DNA of 64,000 nucleotides from Blastocladiella emersonii ATCC 22665. Lineage: Eukaryota; Fungi; Blastocladiomycota. Position numbers and translations under genes: made by a program. How positions within the stretch are numbered: position 1 is the first letter of the stretch; the number at the start of each line of letters is the position of its first letter. The stretch lies in the NCBI GenBank assembly GCA_025594325.1, contig JANHCV010000002.1, forward strand, positions 2,480,001 through 2,544,000, given 5' to 3'. Of this stretch, positions 12,193 through 22,879 are shown in pieces. The notes under the pieces were generated by a model. That model saw only the letters and a list, made by a program, of their open reading frames with translations, ran no database searches and was not told the DNA's origin.

Positions 12193-15100
12193 ATGACCGC
12201 GACCACCACGACCGGCGCCGCCGCCGGCGGCAACCGCCGCATCGAGCTGCCCAAGAATGTGATCCCGAGCCACTACAACCTGACCATGTACCCGAACATG
12301 ACCGACTTCACCTTTATCGGCCACGTCGACATCACGGTCCGCGTGGTCGAGGAGACGTCGACCATTGTCCTCAACACCCTCGACGTGGCCATCACCAAGG
12401 CCACGGTCACGGCGCGCGGCCACACGTACACCTCGGCGCCCGCGACCTACGACGCCACCGAGCAGACGGCCACGCTCGCCTTCGACGCCACGCTCGGCGC
12501 CGGCCTCGAGGACGTGCACCTCGCCATCGACTTCACCGGCACCATCAACGACCAGATGGCCGGCTTCTACCGCTCGTCGTACGACGAGAACGGCACCACC
12601 AAGTTCATGGCCGTCACCCAGGTTCGTTTCCTTTCTGCATATTCGCTCGCTCGTGCGCAAGTCCGTTAACTGACTAACCGGAACTGGACGCAGTTCGAGG
12701 CCACGGACGCGCGCCGCGCCCTGCCGTGCTTTGACGAGCCCAAGCTCAAGGCCACGTTTGACGTGACCCTCGTCGTCGACGCGCACCTGACGGCGCTCTC
12801 CAACTGCGACGTCGTGTCGGACGAGCCCGTCGAGGACGGCGCCAAGCGCAAGGTCACCTTCGCCACCACGCCCATCATGTCGACGTACCTCCTCGCCTTC
12901 GCCATTGGCGAGTTCGAGTGGATCGAGTCGTACACGCGCCCGACCGAGCACCTCCCGAACCGCGTCCGCGTCCGCACCTACACGACCAAGGGCCTCATCA
13001 ATCAGGGCCGCTTCGCCCTCGCCGTCGCCGTCAAGACCCTCGAGTACTTCTCCGAGGTGTTCGGCGTCCCCTACCCGCTTACCAAGCTCGACCAGATCGC
13101 CTGCCACGACTTCTCGGCCGGTACGTTTTTCCTCGCTGTGCTACTCCTTGTCGCTGCCTCCTCTCCCTCTCCTCTGCCCTGCCTTGCTCGCGACGCTGCC
13201 CTGCACGACGCTCGACCGGGCCAGGCCCGCGGCCCTGGTGACGTCACTCCGCGAGGCGTGAGTCACGAACTCGTCCCACCTCCGACCTGCTGCGCCACCA
13301 CTCCTCCACCTCGACTGCTCCTCCACCGCACTCCCCATTGCTTCCTCGCTCCTTTCTCATCGTTGCCCGCACGAAATGACTGTTACTGACGTCGAAAACC
13401 GCCCTGTAGGTGCAATGGAGAACTGGGGTACTTCGAATCGTCCCGTGGTGGCCGGGACGACTTTTGCTGACCGAAAACCGCCCCGTTACTTGAAAAACTA
13501 GGTCTGGTCACGTACCGCAACGTCGCGCTGCTCGTTGACGAGAATTCCTCGGCGTCCGCGAAGAAGTGGGTGGCCACAACGGTCACCCACGAGCTGGCGC
13601 ACCAGTGGTTCGGCAACCTGGTCACTTTTACCGAGTGGGACGAGCTCTGGCTCAACGAGGGCTTCGCCACCTGGGTCGGCACCTACGGCGCGGGCCACCT
13701 GTTCCCCGAGTGGGACATCTGGACGCAGTTCCTCTCGGACGACCAGTCGTACGCCCTGGTCGTCGACGGCCTCCGCTCGTCGCACCCGATCCAGGTCGAG
13801 GTGCTCGACCCGGCCGAGATCGGCGAGATTTTTGACGCCGTGTCCTACTCTAAGGGCGCGTCGGTCATCCACATGCTCACCAACTGGCTCGGCATCGACG
13901 TCTTCTTCAAGGGCATCCGCGCCTACGTCAAGAAGTTCGCGTACAAGAACGCCACCACCAACGACCTGTGGGCCGCGCTCTCCGAGGCGTCGGGCCTCGA
14001 CGTCGGCGCCTTCATGGGCGTCTGGACCTCCAAGGTCGGCTACCCGGTCCTCAACGTCGAGGAGCAGGCCCTGCCCTCGGGCGCCGACGGCGTGCGCCTC
14101 CACCTCACCCAGCGCCGCTACCTGCGCACCGGCGACGTGGCCGAGGCCGACGACACCACCGTGTGGTCCCTGCCCCTCAATGTGGCGGCGATCCCCGCCG
14201 GCGCGGCCGCCGGCAAGGCGCCCCGCGTCATCTCGCACGAGGTCATGCAGTCCAAGTCGCTCGACCTCGACCTGGTCCTGCCCGCCGGCACCAAGGCCTC
14301 GCCCGTGTTCCTGCTCAACCAGGACCGCGCCGGCCTGTACCGCGTCGCGTACTCGGCCGCGCAGCTCAAGCGCATCACCAAGGCCATCAACGCCGGCACC
14401 GTCCCGACGCGCGACCGCCTCGGCCTCATGGACGACGCCTTCTCGCTCGCCGCCTCGGGCGACGCGCCCACGGCGCAGTTCCTGTCGCTCGTCGCCAACG
14501 TGATCCCCGCCGAGCGCGAGTACGTTGTCCTCGCCGACGCCGCGGCCTCCATCAACAAGATCCGGTTCCTCCTGTCGGGCGAGTCGCAGGCCGTCCAGGA
14601 CCGCGTCGAGCTGCTCCGCCGCACCATCTTCGCGCCGCACGCGCATCGTCTCGGGTTCGAGGCGGCCGCCGGCGAGTCGCCGCTCATCAAGCTGCTGCGC
14701 CCGATCATGATTAACATTGCCGGGCACGCCGGCGACGAGAAGACGATCGCCGAGTGCCGCGCGCGCTTCGCGTGGTTCTCGGCCGGCGAGACGGACGCGA
14801 TCCTGTCGGACATCAACAACGCGGTGCTCAGCACCGTGGTCGCGTACGGCGGCGAGGCCGAGTGGGAGGCTATGCTCAACCTGTACAAGACCACGTCCGA
14901 GATCGACCGCAAGTACGCGGCGCTCCAGGCGCTCGGCGCCACCAAGGTGCCGGCCCTCATCCAGCGCACGCTCGACCTCGCCCTCGACACGGAGATCGTC
15001 CGCCCGCAGGACATCCACCACGTGTTCGGCCCGCTCGGCGGCAACGCCAAGGCGCGCAAGGCGCTGTGGAACTTCCTCAAGGCGAAGTGGGAGGTGCTGG

Positions 15101-15348
15101 CGTCGCGCTACGGGTCGCAGTTCTCGATGCTCGGCCAGAGCGTTGCCCAGGCGACCCAGGTCACCACCACGGCCGAGCTCGACAACATCAAGGCCTTCTT
15201 CGCCGACAAGGACACCAAGATCTTCGACCGCAAGCTCGCCGAGGTGTACGACCGCGCCAACGCCACCATCGCCTGGCTCGCCCGCGACCGCGACGGCATC
15301 GTCGAGTGGTTCGAGGACTGGGAGCTCCAGGCCAAGTACGGCTACTGA
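12193..15348 (+). CDS. APE2: M1 family zinc aminopeptidase (Ape2/puromycin-sensitive aminopeptidase-like)
   Basis: Exons 12193-12621, 12693-13120, 13410-13427, 13502-15348. Motifs TQFEATDARRALPCFDEP, SAGAMENWGLVTYR, HELAHQWFGNLVT...LWLNEGFA (HEXXH-18-E) and YSKGASVIHML. Confidence 0.95.
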
Positions 15349-15441
15349 GCAACCCGCTCATCGATGTCGACCCGTCTGGTCGGCGCCCATGTTTCCCTTC
15401 CCTTTCCTCACCCTACACGGTGGTCGGCGCGCGTCTGCCCG

Positions 15442-15468
15442 ACCACCACCACCACCACCACCACCACC
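15442..15468. repeat. (ACC)9 microsatellite in the APE2 3' region
   Basis: Directly visible. Confidence 0.9.
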
Positions 15469-15612
15469 TCGTCTCCCTCGCTTCCGTTTTGATCTGTACT
15501 AGTAAAGCAACGAATGAAATCAAGATTACAGTCGCTACCCACCCCACCCATCGATATCCAGTGTGCAAGTGAAGATGTATGAAAGTGAAATGGCTCCCGC
15601 CCCATCGCGGCC

Positions 15613-17708
15613 TTACAGCTGGCGCATCTTGCACACGTAGCGGTGCTTGATCATGCCCGAGAAGACGAGCGAGCGCGACTCGGGCGGCGGCACCGACTTG
15701 AACCGGCGGCACGTCCGCGCCTTGACGTCGAGCTCCCACACGCGGCACTCGGCGTCGGTCGTGCACCGCGCGCGGCAGTCGGCCAGCGACTTGACGCCCG
15801 CGTCCACGGCCAGCGGCGTGTTGTCGCCCTCGGCGCGGCCCGAGTCCTTGAGCGTGTCGGGCACCGGGTGCGCCGCCGACTCCATGAACGCCTGCCACAC
15901 GTCCGACATGTGCACCGGCGCGTAGTACGCCGAGTCGAGTGCCACGAGCTTGCCCGACCCCGACGAGAACAGGTGCGGGTAGTCGGTCCGTGACACGCGC
16001 GCCAGCGCCGTCCGGTGCGCGACCATCTTGTCGCGGACCTCGGTCTCGACGGCGTGCACGGCGCGCACGGCGGCCGCGTCGAGCGCGTGGAACGACACGG
16101 GCCGCGAGCACGGGTTCGCCGGGTAGTGGAACGCGGTCCAGTGCGGGGCCTTGGCGTGGAACAGCGGCGTGGCCGGGCTGTCGATGGTCAGCGCCACGCC
16201 CGCGTCGCGCAGGCACAGCGCGAGCCGCACGTCGCCGAGCCAGCACCCCTGGTACTTGACGATGCACGCGTCCGCGACGGGCAGCATGGCCTCGACGGCG
16301 CCGCGCGACAGCACGATCCCCGCGCCCGTCCGCGCAAACATCGGGCCTTTCGCCACGCCCTTGACGCGCGCGTCGCACCCCTGGAACCCTGTCGGCATCC
16401 CGAGGTAGTGCGGCTGCTTGGGGTCCAGGTGCACCAGCACCCGGTGCAGGTTCTCGAGCAGTAGGTACGAGTCGTCGTCCGCCAGCACGTACCAGTCGGC
16501 CGTCGGGAACGCCGTGTACAGCGCGCGCACGCCCGGAATCAGCTTGTTCGCATCGCGCTCCCACGACTCGGTCGTCGCGTCGCCGTCGGGCTCCAAAGCC
16601 GTCACGGGGACCGCGGCCGGCAGCGGCGCGGGGATCGTGGGCGGCAGGGGCGCGGGGATGGCGGGCGCCGCGGGCGGGACGACGCCGCGAGGCGAGAAGC
16701 GCGGTGCGCGCATCGGGCGGTCCTTGGCCGGCGCGGACGGCGAGTGTGAACCGGTCGCGCTCGTTGAGTCGGCCGTCGCGGCAGCGGAGGCACTCGTGTC
16801 CGTGGTCGCCGACTCGGCGTCGCCCTCGGCGTCTTCTGCGGCCACGGCGGCGGCCTGCTTGTCGACCTTCTCCTTGGCCTTGGCCTCGGCCGCCTTGGTC
16901 GTCTCCTGGATGAACTTGGACAGCGCCGCGGCGGGCAGCGAGCCGTCGCCCGTCGGCAGGCTAGCCGGGTTGGCACCGACCTTTTGCGGCTTGCCCGCAG
17001 CGGGGGCTACACGTACACGCGAGGAGGATCAGCTGGTGCCGAGAGCAGGATCGCGTGAGAAGGCATACCCTTGCCCGCCATCCCGGCAGCCACGACCAGC
17101 GGCGACTTGCTTCCCGTAACCGCGCTCGTGCGGCCCGCCGCGCTGGTACTCTCGGCGGCCTTGTCGGCGATCGCGTTGAGCTCCTCCTCGGTCCCGACGA
17201 CCGCGACCGCAGCCTCGTACACGCCCGTACACGCGTCCACCATCGCGCGGCCGGTGCCCGCGAGGTCGGGCACGTGCGCGTCGCCGATGAACAGCACGTT
17301 GCGCAGGCCGCGCAGGTACGTCTCGGCGAGCACGGGCACGCGCGCACCGGCAATCTCCTGGCCCGTCTTGATCCCGACCGCGTACTTGTCCCAGCGCACG
17401 TCGGGGCCCGCCGGCGCCGCGAACGTCAGGTTGTTGGTGGCGGGGTGCGACGAGCGCGACGGCGGCGGGTAGACGCGCACGCGGTCGGCGGTCGTCGAGT
17501 CGGAGTCGGTGGGCGGGGTCGGGAGCGTCGAGGTCGTCTGGTCGACGGCGAGCAGCTTGAGCAGGACCACGAGCGCCGCGCAGCACGCGACGAGGCGGAA
17601 CGCCGGGCGCGACGTGAGCGACGCGTGCGCCGGCTGCACGTTCGTCACATACACCTTCTGGTGGTGGAAGTAGCGGTTGGGTGCAGGGCGGTTGGGCGGT
17701 GGCGGCAT
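15613..17708 (-). CDS. GT31/Fringe-like beta-1,3-glycosyltransferase with a C-terminal PAN/Apple-like module
   Basis: Two exons (intron about 17068-17000) and an N-terminal TM anchor. Motifs YAVGIKTG...ARVPVLAETYL, WERDANK, ADWYVLADDDSYL (intact DxD), FARTGAGIVLSRGA, GDVRLALCL, and a Cys-rich end CRARCTTDAECRVWE...CRRF. Confidence 0.85.
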
Positions 17709-18224
17709 CGTGGCGTGTTCTCTATGCAGTCTAGCTGGGGCGAGTGTGTGTTGGTGAAGTCGGGGTATCCGTTCAGGCTTGGCATGTGTTTGAGGGGAGA
17801 AGAGAGGGGAGAGAGGGAGAGCGGACCTCGGTTCGGGGGCCGGCGGACAGCGGGCAGATCGCCGACGCGAGGCGGAGACGCGCTGCAGGGCGGCGGTGGC
17901 GAGTGGCGCGACGCGTCACGAAAGTGGGGAGACATTTGCGCGTCTCGCACCCGCGTGATGTCACGCCGTTTCCCGACGCGTCTCGCATCGCTGTGAGACG
18001 ATCGCCCTGGCCCGCGTGGACGATCAGCTTCTCCTCGGCTACCGCTGGAGTGGTCGCGTCAACAAAACCCCCCGATCACGTCCACTAGGGACATCGCCGA
18101 GTGGGCGCTCAACTACCTGCTTTTGCGCTTGCTCCGCGACGGCGGATTCTTCGGAACAGCGGTTGGAAAGAGTATCAGATCTACGGGTCAAAACGAGAAT
18201 ACAAATAAGGAAGTGGTGCGCGCA

Positions 18225-20321
18225 CTACGACTGCGCTCCTGCTCCGGCCTGCTCGCGGATCGCCTTGATCTGGTCCGAGACGGGGATCTTGGCCATGTCC
18301 TCGATGATCGTGTGCGCTACACAAACCGCAACGGTTAGTGATCTCGCCCAAACAAAAAAATCCCGAAAGAGTAACGTACTGCGCTGGGGACACGCGAGAC
18401 TCGCGGTATCCGAGACGAGGACCTGGCGGTACACGCCGCGGAACACGTACGTGACGAGGAGGTGCTTGTCCTCCCACGGGCACGGGTCGAAGAAGCCGAG
18501 CATGCCGGCCTTGGACGCGCCGGCCTCGATGCGCAGCGCCGAGTTGGCGACCAGCGACATGACGGGGATCGTCACGTCGATCACGCCCGCGGCCTCGTCG
18601 GGCGTCAGCACCAGGATCTCGGCCGAGCTCCCAGCACCGCCGCCCAACCGCTGCCCGCGGTTCTGCTTGGCCGCGAGCTCGCGCACCTTGCCGTACAGGG
18701 CCTGCAGGACGATGAGCCCGCCGCCGTTGCCGCCGGCCGAGTCGCGCTCGCGCTGGAACTTGGTGACGACGGTCGGCAGCTGCGCCTGGACCGCGGCGAG
18801 CGCCTCGTCGCGGCGCAGAGCAAACGTCTCAGCGGACCGGGCGCGGGCCTCGGCGATGCGCTGCGCGAGGCGGCGCTTGCGGCGCGGCTCGAGGACGGCG
18901 ACCCAGACGGCGGCGGACGCGGCGAGCGGGAGCGCGGTGGCGGCGGCGCACAGGACGAGGTTGGGTTCCGGGAACAGCGAGATGGGCAGAGCGAGCCGCT
19001 GGCCGAGGTACCCGATCTCGGCGGTCAGGAGCACGCCAACGGCGCTCCCAAAATTGACGCCGAGACCGAGCTTGAGGTGCTCGCCGACCTTGTGTGTGAG
19101 CTTCCACGCGGCGCCGAGCGCGCCCTGGCGCGTGTCGAGGTGCGCCTGCAGGTCGAGCGAGGGGCCCGCGGCGGCGTGGCCGGGGAGCTTGATCTTGCGG
19201 ACGTGGCGCACCACGACCATCTGCTCGAACAGCGACGTGTTGACAGTCGCCGTGTTCATGGTGGTGCCGCGGTTCCACTGCACGCCGACCTGGAAGCTGG
19301 TGACGGCGTCCTTGGACACCTGCAGCGCGGTGCGGTTCTCGGCGGCGCGCGCGATCTGGGTCGCGAGATCGCCCTTGCCCCACGACCCGATGCGGTAGTG
19401 GCCCGAGTAGAAGCGCACGATCCCGAAGATGGCGTGGTTCTTGACGAGGCGCCGCGTCAGCGTCACGGACGCCGTCGGCGGCTGCGTCGTGACGCGCGCC
19501 CAGTTGATGTCGGCCTCGACCGTGGTGTCGGTGGGCTCGTGCAGCGTGTGGCGGATCTTGGTCGAGACCTGGTGCGGCGCGAGCAGGTTGGCCGAGATCT
19601 CGGCGTGTGTCAGCCGCGACACGGTTTTGCGCGCGGTGGCGCGCAGCGACCCGTTGCCGCGGCCGTTTTGCGTGGACATGCGGCCCGACAAGCCCAGAAC
19701 GAGGGTGTCGTCGATGGGCGTGTCGGTCGAGTACTTGAGCTGCAGCATGCGCACGGCGGGCGACTGGCGCGACTCGGACGGCGGGTCGCACGCGCCGGGG
19801 AAGAGCAGCGGCAGGGCGTCGATGTGGACGGTCACCTCGCCGCGCTGGCGGATCAGCTGCTCGAGCTTGTTGAGGTTGTCGCGGCGGATGCGGTCCTCGT
19901 ACTCTGCGCGGATCTCGTCGGGCGTCTTGAGCAGCGGGCCGACCTCGCGGCCGGTCGGCGCACCGTCGCCGGCCGAAGCAGCCGCGGCAGCGAGCTCGGG
20001 GCAGTCGGGCCCGTACAGGTCGTAGAGCGTGCGCTTGGTCGGGTCCGACAGCACGTCGTGGGCGCGCTGCAGCACGACGAACTGGCGCGCGGCCGCGTCC
20101 TTGGTCGCCGGGTCAACGTGCTTGTCCGGGTGGTAGATGCGGCACAACGCCTTGTACGCGTCCTTGATCTCGTCGGGGGTCGCGGTGCGCGGCACGTTGA
20201 GCACGGCGTAGTAGTCGGCCGACGCCGGCACCGCCTCGAGCCGCGCCAGCTGCTCCTCGGCGTCGACGCCCGAGTCGAGCAGCACGTCCATGGCGGCGTC
20301 GGGGAAGCTCGTGGGATCCAT
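18225..20321 (-). CDS. DNAJC11: DNAJC11-like J-domain co-chaperone (J domain plus C-terminal DUF3395-type domain)
   Basis: J domain DYYAVLNV...YHPDKH...AHDVLSDPTKRTLYDLYG, and C-terminal GLIVLQALYG...IDVTIPV...GFFDPCPWEDKHLLVTYVFRG. One 63-nt intron at 18379-18317. Confidence 0.9.
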   Translation of the reverse strand: MDPTSFPDAAMDVLLDSGVDAEEQLARLEAVPASADYYAVLNVPRTATPDEIKDAYKALCRIYHPDKHVDPATKDAAARQFVVLQRAHDVLSDPTKRTLYDLYGPDCPELAAAAASAGDGAPTGREVGPLLKTPDEIRAEYEDRIRRDNLNKLEQLIRQRGEVTVHIDALPLLFPGACDPPSESRQSPAVRMLQLKYSTDTPIDDTLVLGLSGRMSTQNGRGNGSLRATARKTVSRLTHAEISANLLAPHQVSTKIRHTLHEPTDTTVEADINWARVTTQPPTASVTLTRRLVKNHAIFGIVRFYSGHYRIGSWGKGDLATQIARAAENRTALQVSKDAVTSFQVGVQWNRGTTMNTATVNTSLFEQMVVVRHVRKIKLPGHAAAGPSLDLQAHLDTRQGALGAAWKLTHKVGEHLKLGLGVNFGSAVGVLLTAEIGYLGQRLALPISLFPEPNLVLCAAATALPLAASAAVWVAVLEPRRKRRLAQRIAEARARSAETFALRRDEALAAVQAQLPTVVTKFQRERDSAGGNGGGLIVLQALYGKVRELAAKQNRGQRLGGGAGSSAEILVLTPDEAAGVIDVTIPVMSLVANSALRIEAGASKAGMLGFFDPCPWEDKHLLVTYVFRGVYRQVLVSDTASLACPQRSTLLFRDFFVWARSLTVAVCVAHTIIEDMAKIPVSDQIKAIREQAGAGAQS

Positions 20322-20539
20322 GGCAGTTGCAGGGGGTCGCGCGCGGTGGCGGACTGGGGTTTGGTGGAGTTTGAGGGAGGAGGGAGGACAGAGTGTGTTG
20401 ATCGCGGCGGCGGCGGGTCGCTCTGCGGGTCGGTCGCCTTCTGCCGCGCGTGACTGGCGCGCCGCTCATCGCTTCTCCCTCTCTCTCTCAGGTGAGGTAG
20501 ACGCCCACTTTACTGACCGTGGATCGAATGCGATATTCT

Positions 20540-22604
20540 ATGCAAGCTCGGAACCGAGCCCTCGTCGCCGTGGTTGCTGTGGCCGCGGTGGTAGCGCTCG
20601 CCCTCGCATCCACCGCGACCGCCGCCCCGAGCGAGCGGTACCGCGAGCACCTCGACATTGAGCCGCTGGCCGACGGCAAGGTCCTGTTCTCGTTCGAGTT
20701 TGTTGCCGCGCGACCCGCTCCGCCCGTTCGGGGTTCCGCCGCCGCCGTCGAGGCGTTCGGCCTGTTCCCGCGCACGCTGGGCCAGATTCTCGCGCAGTCG
20801 GACGTGGCCGAGCTCGACCTGGCGTGGACGCAGGGCCGGTGGCGCACCGACCGGTGGGGGTACGCGGCGAACGGGACTGCGGCACCGCCGGGCGCCGACC
20901 TCAAGGCGTGGTTCCGCTCTGGCGGAAACGACGTCGATGCGCGGTGGACCGCGCTTACCAACAGCCTCGCGGGCCTGTTCTGCGGGTCGCTCAACTTCCT
21001 CGACTCGGGCGTGCTGACGGCGCACCCGGTGCTGACGTACGGCGGCGGGGATGCGGCGGCCCGAGGGCTCGAGCTGCGCCATGCGAGTCTCGCGCGCGAG
21101 GCCGTGTGCACCGAGAACCTGACGCCGTGGACCAAGCTGCTGCCGTGCCACGGCGCGCGCGGGCTCGCGGCCGCGCTCAACGGGTACCGCCTGTTCGACG
21201 CCGACTACGTGTCGATCCAGACGCGCGTCGCGCACGTGGCCGGAGAGCAGGAAATGACCCAGCGGATCATCGCGGTGCTCGACCCGCTGCGCCAGGTCGA
21301 CAACCGCCCCGACTGGTCGCTCGTCGGGCTCCTCGACCGCGTCCCCGATACCGTGTGCCCCATGGCGACGGCGCCGACCACGGTGCACGTCGCCATGCCG
21401 CGCGGGGTCCCCGAGGACGAGTTTGACCTGCTCCCCGAGCAGTTTGAGATGATGGAGGAGGGTGGGCGCCGGTTCGCCGCGTACGATCTGGCTCATATTG
21501 GTGCGTTTTCTCCGCGTGCGTGCGATGGCTGGGGTTCACTGACGCGCCCGACTCTCACAGGCAAGCTCGATCTTCGCATGGTCTACTCTGACCCCGAGAC
21601 TATCAGTCGCATGTGTACGCCATCCCCTCGCTGCTCTCGCTGGCGACGCTCCCACTCACGAGCCAATGAGACACAGACCGCCGCGTAGTCGACTCGCCGA
21701 CGGCGGCGCACGTCCCGGTGCACGTCACGCGTTACACGACTGGATCAGCTCAGGACCGCGGCGTCCTCGCCGTTGACCTGCGTCACGCCGCCCCCGTCAC
21801 CTCCGCGCCCGTGGGCGTGGTGTACTACGACGTGCTGCCGTGGTTCATGCGCGTGTACCTGCACACGCTGGTGGTGCGGTGCGGCCCGCTCGACGCGCCG
21901 GCCGACTCGTGGACCTCGGTGACGCCGAACGCGACGTGGGCGCAGCACGCGCGCGACCGGGTGCGGCCGACGGTGGTCGAGCTCGCGTGGTCGATGCCCG
22001 CGGGCCACGGGTGCGGGGTGCGCGCCGACTTTGACAAGGCGTTCCTGCACTACACGGAGCACCGGCCCGACGCCAACCGCGGGTTCGAGGTTGGGTACGT
22101 TGCCGCCCCTGGGCGTCCATGACCTGTCCACTTGTTGCGTGCGCCACCCTAACCGCTTTGCGGGATCTGTGTAGCGCGGCCGTGATCACGCTGACGCTCC
22201 CCACCGACACCCCCGCGACCGTGGTCCCCGCGGCGCACGCGGCGCCGGCGACGAGCCCGCGCGTCGTGCGCGTGCCGACCGAGCTCCTCCAGATCCAGCT
22301 GCCGACGCCCGACTTCAGCATGCCGTACAACGTCATCACGTTCACGTGCACGGTGCTCGCCTTCTTCTTCGGCACGCTGTTCGCCATGACCGTCAAGCGC
22401 ACCTACTCGTACCGCCTCGTCGACGGCGGCGAGGCGGCGGAGAAGGAGAAGACGCGCAAGTGCGGCCGGCTCCTCGCGCGGTTCCGCGGCGGCGGCAAGG
22501 CCGGCCCGACGCCCGCCGTCGTCACAATCGAGCACCGGATCCGCGCCGTGCTCGCGGCCGAGAAGGCGGCGGCGGAAGACGCGACGGGTCGCGCGAGCCG
22601 CTGA
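20540..22604 (+). CDS. GPI16: GPI transamidase subunit Gpi16/PIG-T
   Basis: Four exons (introns 21501-21560, 21615-21688, 22095-22174) with a signal peptide. Motifs NSLAGLFCGSLN, REAVCTENLTPWTKLLPC, FLHYTEHRPDANRGFEV and LPTPDFSMPYNVITFTCTV followed by a TM segment. Confidence 0.93.
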
Positions 22605-22879
22605 TGATCCTCGTGGGCGCGCTCTCCTCAATACACAGAGTACGCGTTTTTTGGATCCAGCGCGGCGCTCGGCGCAGCACCATCACGTCGGGACTCACAC
22701 CCATGGCCCGCTGGCGTTTCGCTCGTGCGCAGCAGCAGCAGGCAGGAATGATCGACGCGGCGTATATGTTGGTTAGCTCCTCCCGCACACGCCCCCGCTC
22801 TCCCCCCGCCCTCCTCGCCGCCGACACCGATCGCCCCCACGTATCACCGCCCGGCACTGCCCGCAAACACTCCGCCACC

